Positions 11,743 to 21,776 of a stretch of DNA of 32,097 bases are shown here, piece by piece. Origin of the DNA: Octopus bimaculoides. Lineage: Eukaryota. Each line of letters begins with the position of its first letter. The first letter of the stretch is position 1. Made by a program: the position numbers and the translations under genes. The stretch lies in contig NC_068999.1 of assembly GCF_001194135.2 (NCBI RefSeq), forward strand, positions 23,609,889 to 23,641,985, given 5' to 3'. Below the pieces are notes generated by a model. It was not told the DNA's origin. It saw nothing but the letters and a program-made list of their open reading frames with translations, and made no database searches.

Positions 11743-11894
11743 AGGCTGCAAACTGATAATATTATGAAAGTTCTCTCTGGTATATGACTTGTTGCATTGT
11801 CTTAGGTTTTCAATTTATAAGTTTTGTTTAATTAAAATCTCTGTTGGTAACTGTATTTATTTCTGTTAATTAGCATTTCTGAAATTTTTATTAA

Positions 11895-12099
11895 CGTTAT
11901 AGGGATAATAGTAATAATGGTACACCCCTTCCACATGATGAGTGCTATGTGCTAGTCGCTATAAATAAGGTGATGTCAGTCAGTACAGGGAGAGAGTACG
12001 AAGTAGACATTCTTAGATAGTTGTGTCTTTACTGGTCTAACAATTATACTGCTATACCAAAGTGGGTATTATAACAATCCAACTTAAAGGATTACAACA
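11895..12099 (+). repeat. 5' LTR
   Basis: 179/205 identical to the 3' LTR by manual alignment; TATAAATA at 11960-11967. Confidence 0.95.
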
Positions 12100-12191
12100 G
12101 GGTCAATGAGGAATTAACAAACTCACAAGGAGTTACAAAATTCACAAAAGTTTTTAGTGTGAATTTTATGGTATAAAAAAATCATAAAATT

Positions 12192-13260
12192 ATGGAAAAT
12201 TTGTTGGCTGGTTTGCTTGATTTGCAAAAACAGCAACAACAGTAACTAAAAGAACAACAACACCAGTTAGAACTACAAGAACACTAGCTGAAGCAATAAC
12301 AACAACTGAAAGAATAACAACAGCGGCAGCTACAACTGCAAAAACAACAACAAAAGCAACAACAACAATCATTATTACAGCAACAAATGCTGCAATTTAT
12401 GAAGAATAAGTCATCAGGAAATACTGAAAAAATGTTCTCAGCAGATTATGTTGCGAACTTGATAACAGAGTTTAAGTATGAGCCAGACAAAGGAGTTACT
12501 TTCAAGGTTTACTATAGAAAATATGAACAAATCTTCAATAAAGAGTGCAAAGATTGGGACAACGATATGAAAACACATTTCATCTCAAGAAAACTGGCAG
12601 CAGGAGAACATGAGCATTACAGCAATTACTTTCTCCTGAAAAAAAACTTTCTGACATACACTTTAAAGATACAGTAGACATACTGGGTAAACTTTTTAGT
12701 GAGAAAAGCTCGTTGTTCAATACACAGTGGAAATGTTTGAACCTAGAAAAGAACAATAAGGAGGACTACATCACATATGATGGTAGAGTTAACAGGGAAT
12801 GTGAAAAGTTCAAGCTGGATGAATTAATGCCAGACATGTTCAAGTGCCTGATATTTACTTGAGGACTAACTGCAGAAGCTGAAGCAAAAGTATTCTTGCT
12901 AAGCTGGAACAAGAATTCTTGCTAAGCTGGAACAAAACCAAGCTGTAACCTTACAACAAGTGTCAGAAGAGTGTGAAAGAATAGTAAATTTAAGACATGA
13001 CACAGAGAAAATTGAACTTAAAGATTGCTCCCAAGTGAAACAAGTGCAAAATAGGCAGAATAGAAATCAAGTGTATACTAAAATACAGTACAAACAGGAC
13101 AAGCATCAGGAGAAAAAAAAACCCATGTTTTGCATGTGGAGGTCTATGCCTGAGGAAAAACTGTCCATTTAAAAAAGCGGAATGCTTTCATTGTGGAAAA
13201 GTTGGACACATAAAAACACACTGTAAAACCAAGTTGACAAAACGCTGGAACAAAGAAAAA
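12192..13260 (+). pseudogene. Decayed gag (Gln-rich N-terminus, capsid-like region, two Cys/His knuckles)
   Basis: ATG 12192 is in frame with ORF 12387-12677. Four stops in the Gln tract are each one C>T from CAA/CAG. Frameshifted continuation LFNTQWKCLNL...RVNRECEKFKL...MFKCLIF. Knuckles CFACGGLCLRKNC (from 13126) and CFHCGKVGHIKTHC (13183-13224). Confidence 0.85.
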
Positions 13261-13346
13261 AGAATAAACAGTATGTCGTCGAAAGAAAATGGTAATATAA
13301 CAAAGAGAAAATTCATAAATGTGAAAATTAAAAAATCAGAGTAAAA

Positions 13347-13550
13347 ATGCAGTTAGACACTGGAAGTGATATTACCATTGTAAACGAAGAAACTTGGAAG
13401 TATGTCAGTAAGCTGAAAATAATTAAATCTACAAAAGTTGCACGTGGTGTTACAAGCAAAAGATTGTATTTTGTCAGTGAATTTGAGTGTAAAGTAACAT
13501 TTTATGACCAAATGAAAATGGCAAAAATATGTGCTAAAAAATTCAGTTAA
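13347..13550 (+). pseudogene. Retroviral-type aspartic protease remnant
   Basis: MQLDTGSDITIV catalytic DTG motif. Confidence 0.9.
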
Positions 13551-13664
13551 TCTGTTCAATACAGAGTGGATGGAATTGTTCAAATTGTGGAATATGACCA
13601 TAAGTGTTTTGAGTGGGAATATAGTTGATTCAGTTGAAGATTTGAATGAGGCTGAGGGACTGAA

Positions 13665-14405
13665 ATGAAAATAAAACATTTATTTCCAGATGTTTTCTCA
13701 GAGGAACTGGGTTGTGGCACAAAAATAAAAACAAAAATTTCAGTAAAACAAAGTGCAACACCTGTATTTAAACCAAAACAGAACATACTGTCTGTGGAAA
13801 AATTACCGATGATAAAAGGTGAACCTTGGCCAAAAGTAGATGTTCCATGGTTAAGACTACACATTGATTTCGCTGGTCCTCTAAACAGTTCATACTATTT
13901 AGTGGTAGTTGATAGTTTCTCTAAATGGCCAGAAATTTGTAAGTGTAAAAAACCAACCTCCTCAACTGTGACAAATTTTTTACATGAGCTGTTTGCAAGA
14001 TTTGGCATCCCAGACATGATAGCGTCTGACAGTGGAACACAATTTGTGTCTTTTGAATTTAAAAAGTTTTGTAAAACGGTTGCGGTAGAACATGTAACTA
14101 CTGTGCCATACCATCCCAGATTTAGCAGACAGGCAGAACACTTTGTCGATACATTCAAGAGACCCTTAAGAAAGTCAAATAAGGAAGTTATAGATAAGGT
14201 AGCTCTACAAGAGTTCTTAAGAGTATACCACATGACACCAAATCCAAATACACTAGCAGGTATGTCACCAGTGGAGCTGATGTTTGTGAGGAAAATAAAA
14301 TCAGTCTTCGATAAATTGCTACCTGGCAAGAAAAGAAAAATTGCGAGGGACCAATACAGCAAGATTTTTCAGAATTGGTGGGAAGGTATTTGTGAGGGAA
14401 TATAA
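13665..14405 (+). pseudogene. pol remnant: RT N-terminal stub fused in frame to the integrase core
   Basis: FPDVFSEELG...ATPVFKPK joined to KLP...PW..LHIDFAGP...VVDSFSKWPE...SDSGTQF...RQAEHFV; D-35-E spacing counted; no RT YxDD or RNase H. Confidence 0.9.
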
Positions 14406-14776
14406 GAAAGAAAAACAGAGTTGGGAAACGTAGGAAAAATGCTATTCTTGGTAAAAAGTGGAAAAGGTGTATACAAGAGACACATGAACCAACTGAAAAA
14501 AAGATTCATTGAGAGCAAACCCAAGAGAATGGAAGAACCAATGGAATGGTTACATGATATTTTTCAGGTACCAATGCCACTTACAGATTATTGAACCCAG
14601 GAGTACAAGCATAAGAAAAAGAAAATGTACGAAGTTCTTGAAAGTGGGTGTTAAATGGAAAAAAAATATTAAATGTATAACTAAGAAAAAAACTCAAAAA
14701 TTGGAGGTGGGGGTGATATAAAAATTATTGCTAATAAAAGACATAAAATGACAAACCCTAAGAAAAACTTAAGAGA

Positions 14777-14981
14777 TGTTATGGGGATAATAGTAAAAAT
14801 GGTACACCCCTCCCATGTGACGAGTGATATATGCTAGTTGCTATAAATAAGGCAATGTCAGTCAGTATAGGGAGAGAGCATGAAGTAGATGTTATTAGAT
14901 AGTCATGTCTTTACAGGTCTAACAACTATACTGCTATACCAAAGTGGGTGTTATCACAATCTGACTTAAAGGATTACAACA
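14777..14981 (+). repeat. 3' LTR
   Basis: Canonical TG...CA ends; TATAAATA at 14842-14849; only a weak purine run (AAGAGA) precedes it. Confidence 0.95.
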
Positions 14982-15000
14982 ATTAATTAAATATATATTA

Positions 15001-15220
15001 AGGCATCGATCTGGCAGAAGCATTTGCATGTCCGACAAAATGCTTAGCAGCATTTGCTCTAGCTTTATGTTCTGAGTTCAAATCCCACCAAGGTTAACTT
15101 TGTCTTTCATTCTTTCAGGGTCAATAAAACAAATATCAGTTGAGCACTGGGATCAACGAAATTGACTAGCTCCTTCCCCAAAAAATTTCAGACCCTGTGC
15201 CTATAATAGAAAGAATATTA
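15001..15220 (+). mobile_element. SINE family B
   Basis: AGGC...CTGGCAGAA...AAAATGCTTAGC...TTCTGAGTTCAAATCC...CAGTTGAGCACTGG. Confidence 0.85.
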
Positions 15221-15447
15221 ATTAAAGCTATTTTTAGCTGAAGTTTCTTCTTCTATTCAAAAATTGTAACGGTAGACATCAACTAATTGCTCTCAGATTT
15301 TCTTTTCTACTTGACAAAAATCTTGCCTTGAAATATTTTGCAAATTTTTCTAAAAATTCTTTTTCAGTTTTCTGAAATCATTTAATAGACTAGTAAATAG
15401 TAATTACATTTTACTACTTTTTCTCTCTTTTTTTGTACTTATTTTAG

Positions 15448-15519
15448 AAATGCCTACAGTTCCAGTTGGGTGAATCTGTTTGGCATGCCAAACAGCAAAT
15501 ACTTGCCAGTTTTGGATCA
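15448..15519 (+). CDS. Shank: Shank exon 2 (SPN domain)
   Basis: TTTTAG acceptor; KCLQFQLGESVWHAKQQILASFGS (cf. KCLRLDPAAPVWAAKQRVL); GTAAGT donor at 15520; 72 nt, phase 0-0. Confidence 0.95.
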
Positions 15520-15917
15520 GTAAGTAACATATTTTTGTGATAACATTATGAACACTGCTTCATGCTTTGAACATTGTTTAACATTAATTAGTTCAATTTA
15601 TGAATGCTTATTTTTTTTACTAGTTTCAGTCTTAAAATGTTTAATTAGTAAATTCCTGGTTATATCATGCTGATGATTTCTATAAAGAATGAATTAAAGC
15701 TGTACATGATTACCACTGCCTAGGAATTTTGAGAACTTCATAATAAATAAACTAAAAAAAAATTAAATATGCACACACACACACACACACACACATGCAC
15801 AAATGCATACATGTGTGTCTGTGTCTCCATCTAAGAATCCATAAATCAGGTGGGTGGGTGTGTTTAAGATAGGCTTCCATAAATTTCTGTCTACCAATTT
15901 CTCTCACAAGGTGTCAT

Positions 15918-16308
15918 TTGTTGTTGTTGTTGGCACTCCGTCGCTTACGACGTCGAGGGTTCCAGTTGATCTGATCAATGGAACAGCCTGCTCATGAAAT
16001 TAACATGCAAGTGGCTGAGCACTCCACAGACACGTGTACCCTTAACGTAGTTCTCGGGGATATTCAGCGTGACACAGTGTGACAAGGCTGACCCTTTGAA
16101 TTACAGGCACAGCAGAAACAGGAAGTGAGAGTGAGAGAAAGTTGTGGTGAAAGAGTACAGCAGGGTTCACCACCATCCCCTGCCGGAGCCTCGTGGAGCT
16201 TTAGGTATTTTCGCTCAATAAACACTCACAACGCCCAGTCTGGGAATCAAAACCATGATCCTATGACCACGAGTCTGCTGCCCTAACCACTGGGCCATTG
16301 CACCTCCA
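15918..16308 (-). mobile_element. tRNA-headed SINE family C with (CAA)n tail
   Basis: Minus strand GTGGAGGTGCAATGGCCCAGTGG (A box) and GGTTTTGATTCCC (B box-like); perfect 13-bp TSD CACAAGGTGTCAT (15905-15917, 16309-16321); inserted into an older repeat. Confidence 0.92.
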
Positions 16309-16591
16309 CACAAGGTGTCATACACTGGGACAAACCTGAAACTTGGTACTTACAAAATGAACATCATATTACACAACCCTGCATATTGCCTGCAATATTT
16401 AATTTAAGTGAATTCTTCAATGTGCAAATGAACTCCTAGGAAACCAAGTTCATTTTGCAGTTTTTAATTTTTAATGGTAACCAGTCATTTCACTGTATAT
16501 TGTTCTTGAGAAAAGTATGAGTGTTATAGGCTCTTTAAGTCTCTGACTTTTTGTACTTATGTAACTAGCCAACATTTCTGTGTTTTCCAAG

Positions 16592-16717
16592 GAACTCCGT
16601 GATGGCTACAACTATGGGTTGTATTGTCCTCCCCAAAATGGTAAAGCTGGGAAATTTCTTGATGAAGAAAGATTGCTCAGAGAATACCCTTTGTCAGGTC
16701 CTATTGGATACTTGGAA
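16592..16717 (+). CDS. Shank: Shank exon 3 (SPN domain)
   Basis: ELRDGYNYGLYCPPQNGKAGKFLDEERLLREYPLSGPIGYLE contains the Shank signature NYGL..P...G.AGKFLDEERLL.EYP...YLE; AG/GTAAGT boundaries; 126 nt. Confidence 0.97.
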
Positions 16718-16846
16718 GTAAGTTTGTACACTTTTCTTGTTTTATTTTGATTGTTTTTTTGTTGTTTTTTTCTAAAACCATTCATCTTAACATTGTAATC
16801 TTTAAGATTTGGAGATTTATATTCATATTCTTTCTGGATTTTTCAG

Positions 16847-16918
16847 TTCAAGTTTAAACGTCGTGTTTACAGAAGTATGGAACTCAACACAAGGAAACTA
16901 AAGCAAATACATAATAAA
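16847..16918 (+). CDS. Shank: Shank exon 4 (SPN-ANK linker)
   Basis: FKFKRRVYRSMELNTRKLKQIHNK (cf. FRYKRRVY...KLHTK); TTTCAG acceptor, GTAAGC donor; 72 nt. Confidence 0.96.
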
Positions 16919-17271
16919 GTAAGCATAAAGCATCAAAGTAATTATTTATTCCTAATAAATTCACAATTTAGAGACCTTCGTTTGCCAGTAGATGCTCTGA
17001 ATCCTTCCCAATTTTAGCAAAACATTATGTACCTTTGACAATGACATTTCATTCAATTTTGGAGAATTATTCTATTCTCCATTCTTCAAGACAGGTGTTT
17101 TGTATTTGTTTTTAAACAGTACATAAAGTTTCCTCCTTAGCACTGAACCTAACTTCTGATGCATGTAATGATTCTCTCCTAGATATTCCATTCCTAGCTC
17201 CCCTTCTCCTTCTCTGTTCACAGCCCCAAATATTTGCACCTTCAAATACTCTGACTAAATAGTTGGCCTTG

Positions 17272-17375
17272 ATGGTATGGTATGGTATTGTATCGTATGG
17301 TATCGTATGGTATCATATGGTATCGTATGGTATGGTATGGTATGGTATGGTATGGTATGGTATGGTATGGTATGG
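17272..17375. repeat. (ATGGT)n pentanucleotide array, about 21 units, with TATCG/TATTG variants in the 5' half
   Basis: Direct reading. Confidence 0.95.
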
Positions 17376-18499
17376 AATCCACCTCAAAGAAAACAAACGT
17401 TCTTTAGTTAGTCCTTGTCATCAAATAACTCTTACCTCTCTCCAATATACCATCTCTTTCAGTTCTCTTCAATCATCCCAACTTCAAACTTGTCAGATCT
17501 TGTGACAATCCATGCTAACTACTTCACTTATCTTATAAACTAGGGATGTCTTCCTCTTGAAAGTTTTGATGAAAGAACAGTTGTGACTCTTGCCAGTCTC
17601 ATAAAAGACTTCAAACATGTCTAATAAGAATCATTTGGCAAAGTTGCCTCACCATAAATTCTATTAAACACTAACTGCTTGTGTAACCTTTTTGTACCTT
17701 ATTAACACATATATTTCTATACTGAATATATTGATAGTCTACACTTCCCTTTGATCTTCTGTTTACATGCTTTATTCATACACATATTTTATCATCTCTT
17801 ATTAGCCCTGCTAATAAGAGATGATAATGTTCTCCATTAAATGCATCCAACAATAGGGACTTGACAATTTAATTTTACTCTACAACATCAAAATGCAAAC
17901 TTTATTCATCTCCAGGAAATAAACCATTAACATTGCATTTCTACTTGTGAATAATTCAAAACTGAAACTATTACATTTCATCAAAATGCCATTCTTCACT
18001 ACCTCTGATACCTTGTTGTGGCAATCATACATTTATAACATATCCCAAGTTACACCACAAGGACCAAGCTTCCTTTGCAGAACAAAGAAATATTTTAACC
18101 TTGAACAGCTTCTAACCTTTTACAATATATGAATATGCTTTACACCTGAATAATATCCACATTCTGAAACAGCAACCACCACATTTTCAATTATAATGCA
18201 ACAAAACACTTTGAAGCAATCTTCCATTTACCTTCATATTCAAACATACCCTATCATTTAGCATTTTTTCTTTCTATTTATTTTATTGCCTCTGCATCCT
18301 CTTCTTCTGTTAATGAACTTGCTTTTTGTTTATTTATCCCCATTTAATACAGATTATCCAACCACTTCTCTTGTATCCCAATTCTTACATTCTGTGTCAA
18401 TATTTTCCTCATTTCTTCAAAATTTGATACATGTGAAACTGACCAATTACTTGCTTTTTTTATTCAGCCACTCACCTGTTACAATATTTCTCTTCCATT

Positions 18500-18722
18500 A
18501 AGATAGCAAGCTGGCAGAATTGTAAACATACTTCTGAGCAAAATACTTAGTGGCATTTCATCCATTTTTACATTCTGAGTTCAAGTTCTGTTGAGGTTGA
18601 CTTTGCCTTTCGTTCTTTAGGGGTTGATAAAATAAGTACCAGTTGAGCACTGGTGTCAATATAATCAACTTACCCCTCCCCTCATAATTGCTGGCCTTGT
18701 GCCAAAATTTGAAATCAATATT
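18500..18722 (+). mobile_element. SINE family B
   Basis: AGCTGGCAGAATT...TTCTGAGTTCAAG...GCTGGCCTTGTGCCAAAATTTGAAA. Confidence 0.88.
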
Positions 18723-19293
18723 TCTATCTTCCCATAGAATGCATAGAAATATTTTGACCCAAATCCCTCCCTACAAAAAAAAAGTTAAAAAGTTAATGTT
18801 TTCCTTAATTTTCTTAGACACCTTGACTGCACCACACCTTAATGCTGTATATCAGGAAACGTATATATCTCATTTTTGTCTAGCATTTTACTTTGATGTG
18901 TCAGAGCCTACCAAATAGAATCAAGCTCATAGCCTGATATTAATAAGGTCGATAGGTAGTTTAGTGGGGACTAGTAAGAAAGTGAAGAAGAAAAATCTAA
19001 TGAGAGATTTTTACTTCATGTTTAAGGTTGTAATTTTGTGAATCCATTCTATTTGTATTAACAGGTAAAAGTGAAGACATAAACCTGTTTAACCTATGGT
19101 GGTGACAAAACCTGAAGTTTGAGCCAATAAAAATTATTTTATGAGTCATCAGATAGATTTTATTGATTGAGACTTTAATGTTGATTAAAAATAAATGGGA
19201 GTGAAAAATAACTCCATGCGTACTAGATTTAGGATTATATTTTATTTACTGTTCTATATTATTTACTGTTATTATTTTATGTTATTCTTCCAG

Positions 19294-19402
19294 GCTAATT
19301 TGAAACAATTTATAGATGCTGTCAAACATGGAAATAAAGAAAAAGTGGATAAATTTCTCACAAAAGGACTTGATCCAAACTATATTGATAGAGACAGTGG
19401 AG
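19294..19402 (+). CDS. Shank: Shank exon 5 (first ankyrin-like repeat)
   Basis: ANLKQFIDAVKHGNKEKVDKFLTKGLDPNYIDRDSG (cf. ANLKKFMDYV...KGLDPNFHDPDSG); TTCCAG acceptor, G|GTAAGA donor; 109 nt, ends phase 1. Confidence 0.97.
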
Positions 19403-20197
19403 GTAAGAAATTTCAAATAATTTACTACCTTAATTTAATTTAGAGTATAAAATTGTATTTCATTTACAAATATTTTATTTACTAAACAATTAGATCCAAT
19501 TCTGGGGATATTTTCAGAATGCTCTCTACTCCCTCTAGTCTGGTTGTGACAGAACATTTTAATTCAGTCAATAGTTAGGCCTAACTTGATTTACTAGTCT
19601 GCTACCAAACAGGTAAAATATTGAACCTGACTGAACTTCTCTTCTTTTTTTTTTTTTTTTTTTTTTTTTGTATTCTGTAACCCTTGTGTAATTCAACAAA
19701 CCTGTGTAGTTTTCATTTCTAAAATGTTCAAGTTGACTGACCACTTACTATGTATACAAAATATACTGTTTCAGCGTGTGTAATATTAGTGTTTTTAAAA
19801 GAATACTTAATGAGTATTTGACTATTTCCATATTTATCATTTTGTCATATTCATGTATTTTTCTCTGTTCTCTAAGTTTTAGATTAAAAATATATTTGTC
19901 TTAAATAATTTAAGGACATCACTTGCCAAAAAATAAATCAAACAAACCCCTGAATAACAAATGATAAATCTTGATGTTGAAAAACTTGTTCCTTTCTATG
20001 ACATTGCTATCATCAAATACAGTTATAACTAGACATGACAGAACTAGCAGTTATAGAGCTTATTTTTAATCTGTACCATCTTCAACAATCTCTGTTGACT
20101 ACCTTCATATCTGACTAGTGTTGAAGAAGTATATTTGTTTTGTTTTTTTTTAATTCCCTCATTTTCTGGAATCTTCACTAATATCATTGCACATGCT

Positions 20198-20271
20198 GGT
20201 GCAGGCATGACTGTATGGTTAAGAAGTTAGTTTCCCAACCACTTTGTTTCGAGTTCAGTCCCATTGCAGCA
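20198..20271 (+). mobile_element. SINE family A head fragment
   Basis: GGTGCAGGCATGACTGTATGG...GAGTTCAGTCCCATTGC. Confidence 0.65.
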
Positions 20272-20331
20272 AAGTGGGAAAAGCATCCAGTCAATTGTAG
20301 TAAATCTGCCTCAACAAATTTTCATCTAAAG

Positions 20332-20564
20332 AAGTGTTCTCAATCATTTTTAACCTATGGATTCCTTTGAATTCCCATTTTACTTGGGTAGAACTCCACA
20401 GCCATTCAATGTTTAAAAAACTCCTGTCATATTTTTATAATTAGATATTATCAGGAATTGTATAAATAAAAATAGTTAAAATATTTTAAGTATTGAAGTA
20501 TTGTAACTAATTTATTACACATAAAATTTAACAACAAAATATGAACCCCGGTTGAGAACCACTG
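20332..20564 (+). mobile_element. hAT (Charlie-like) MITE
   Basis: Right TIR GGTTGAGAACCACTG (20550-20564); decayed left TIR AAGTG-TTCTCAATC; left flank ATCTAAAG resembles the NTCTAGAN target; right flank matches it 5/8. Confidence 0.7.
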
Positions 20565-20571
20565 ACCGAAA

Positions 20572-20694
20572 CCATACCAGCATGGAAAAAAAGAATGGAC
20601 ATGAAAATGATGATGGAGAGAGTATCAGAGGCAGATCCCACTTACTCTTCCATTATCATTTTATGTTCATTTTTTTCTCTCCATGTTGGTATGG
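20572..20694. repeat. 123-nt hairpin built from two inverted RTE-tail fragments
   Basis: Arms 20572-20623 and 20644-20694; 20-nt loop. Confidence 0.85.
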
Positions 20695-20841
20695 ATTAGA
20701 TGAAGTTTTGTTTAGCAGCAACGGTGATGATGATGACAGCACAAATGCTGATGACACTCTATTTCTAACTTTATTGATTTAAACATTGTACCAAATACCA
20801 GCAGTGTTTTAGAGTTTATAGGTTCATCATAGTTATTGAGA

Positions 20842-21166
20842 GAAGGCACATTGCTTAGTGGTTACGGTATTTGGCTGATGATTGTAAGGTCACAAGTTTG
20901 AAACCCAGAGGCATCTTGTGTCCTTGACCAAGACACATTTTATTTCTCATTGCTCCAGTCCATTTAGCTGGCAAAAATGAGTTGTACCGGTAATACAAAG
21001 GGCCAGCCTTATCACATTCTGTGTCATGCTGAATCTCCCTGAGAACTATGTTAAGCATACGCACATCTGTGAAGTGCTCAGCCACTTAGACGTTAATTTC
21101 ACAAGCAAGCTGTTTGGTTGATTGTATCAACTGAAAAACTAGTTGTCATAATCGACGGAGAGCCTC
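20842..21166 (+). mobile_element. tRNA-headed SINE sharing the family C 3' tail but with a different head and body
   Basis: Head GAAGGCACATTGCTTAGTGG...AGTTTGAAACCC; about 150 nt of 3' sequence (GCTGAAT...GTGCTCAGCCACTT...TCAACTG...GACGGAG) aligns to 15918-16090 reversed. Confidence 0.8.
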
Positions 21167-21250
21167 GCCATAGTTACTGAGAAAATTCCAATTGTTTTTG
21201 AATTCATGATTTAAATTCAACTTTGTTTCTCTTTCTTTTTTTTCTTACAG

Positions 21251-21408
21251 AAACTCCTTTGACATTATCATGTACCCTTGGTTCAGATAAGTGTCGCAGT
21301 ATGATTATTACTTTGGTCAGTGGAGGAGCCCATATGGATTTTCGAAATAGACATGGTTTCACACCTATGCATAAAAGTGCCATATGTTCTAACCATGAAT
21401 CAATAAAG
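21251..21408 (+). CDS. Shank: Shank exon 6 (ankyrin repeats)
   Basis: (E)TPLTLSCTLGSDKCRSMIITLVSGGAHMDFRNRHGFTPMHKSAICSNHESIK; TTACAG acceptor, AAG|GTTGGC donor; 158 nt, phase 1-0. Confidence 0.96.
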
Positions 21409-21559
21409 GTTGGCACCTTTTCTTAATATACATGCAAATCTCAAGTGACAATTGTTTTTTTCCTGTTTCATGCACCTAAAATACAAACTATGAATTTTAG
21501 TGAGATAAAAAACCTGAGATTGTTCAGAATGATATGATAGAGTACTTACTGATTTTATA

Positions 21560-21776
21560 CGAGTGGGGTGCTGAAAAGTTCCTGGCTTTAAGGGTATCAC
21601 GAAAGGCCTGGTTGGTGGCTCAACCTTCTGAGTTCTTTTACAGAGCTTAGAAAAACTGGAGGCCTGCTGCAAAAAGTGTGTGAATCCATGAGGGGAATAT
21701 GTTGAATAAAATCATAATTAACTGATCTTCTATATTTTCTTTTACCCAAAGCCAGAAACTTTTCAGCACCCACTCA
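21560..21776 (+). mobile_element. mariner-derived MITE
   Basis: About 30-bp TIRs CGAGTGGGGTGCTGAAAAGTTCCTGGCTTT / AAAGCCAGAAACTTTTCAGCACCCACTCA; TA on both flanks; internal KLEACCKKCVNP*GEYVE* resembles the mariner transposase C-terminus. Confidence 0.88.

Larger units (their letters stand above)
11895..14981 (+). mobile_element. Internally deleted Ty3/Gypsy LTR retrotransposon (Mag-like), 3087 bp
   Basis: Two ungapped 205-bp direct repeats (11895-12099, 14777-14981; CGTT/TGTT...AACA); 5-bp TSD ATTAA (11890-11894, 14982-14986); decayed gag, protease, RT N-terminus and integrase in Gypsy order. Confidence 0.95.

Noticed and set aside
12100-12112. Primer-binding site
   Set aside because: GGGTCAATGAGGA lacks the TGG start; the priming tRNA cannot be assigned.
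12190-12372. Hydrophobic Val-rich minus ORF resembling a membrane peptide
   Set aside because: Antisense reading of the gag Gln (CAA/CAG) tract.
13895-14362. 155-aa minus ORF
   Set aside because: Antisense shadow of the integrase ORF; no motif.
17272-17375. Regular repeat array resembling CRISPR or a telomere
   Set aside because: Plain pentanucleotide microsatellite with no spacers; not TTAGGG.
17560-17660. Possible CR1/L2 reverse transcriptase trace (KDFKHV...AKLPH)
   Set aside because: Too decayed to support by eye.
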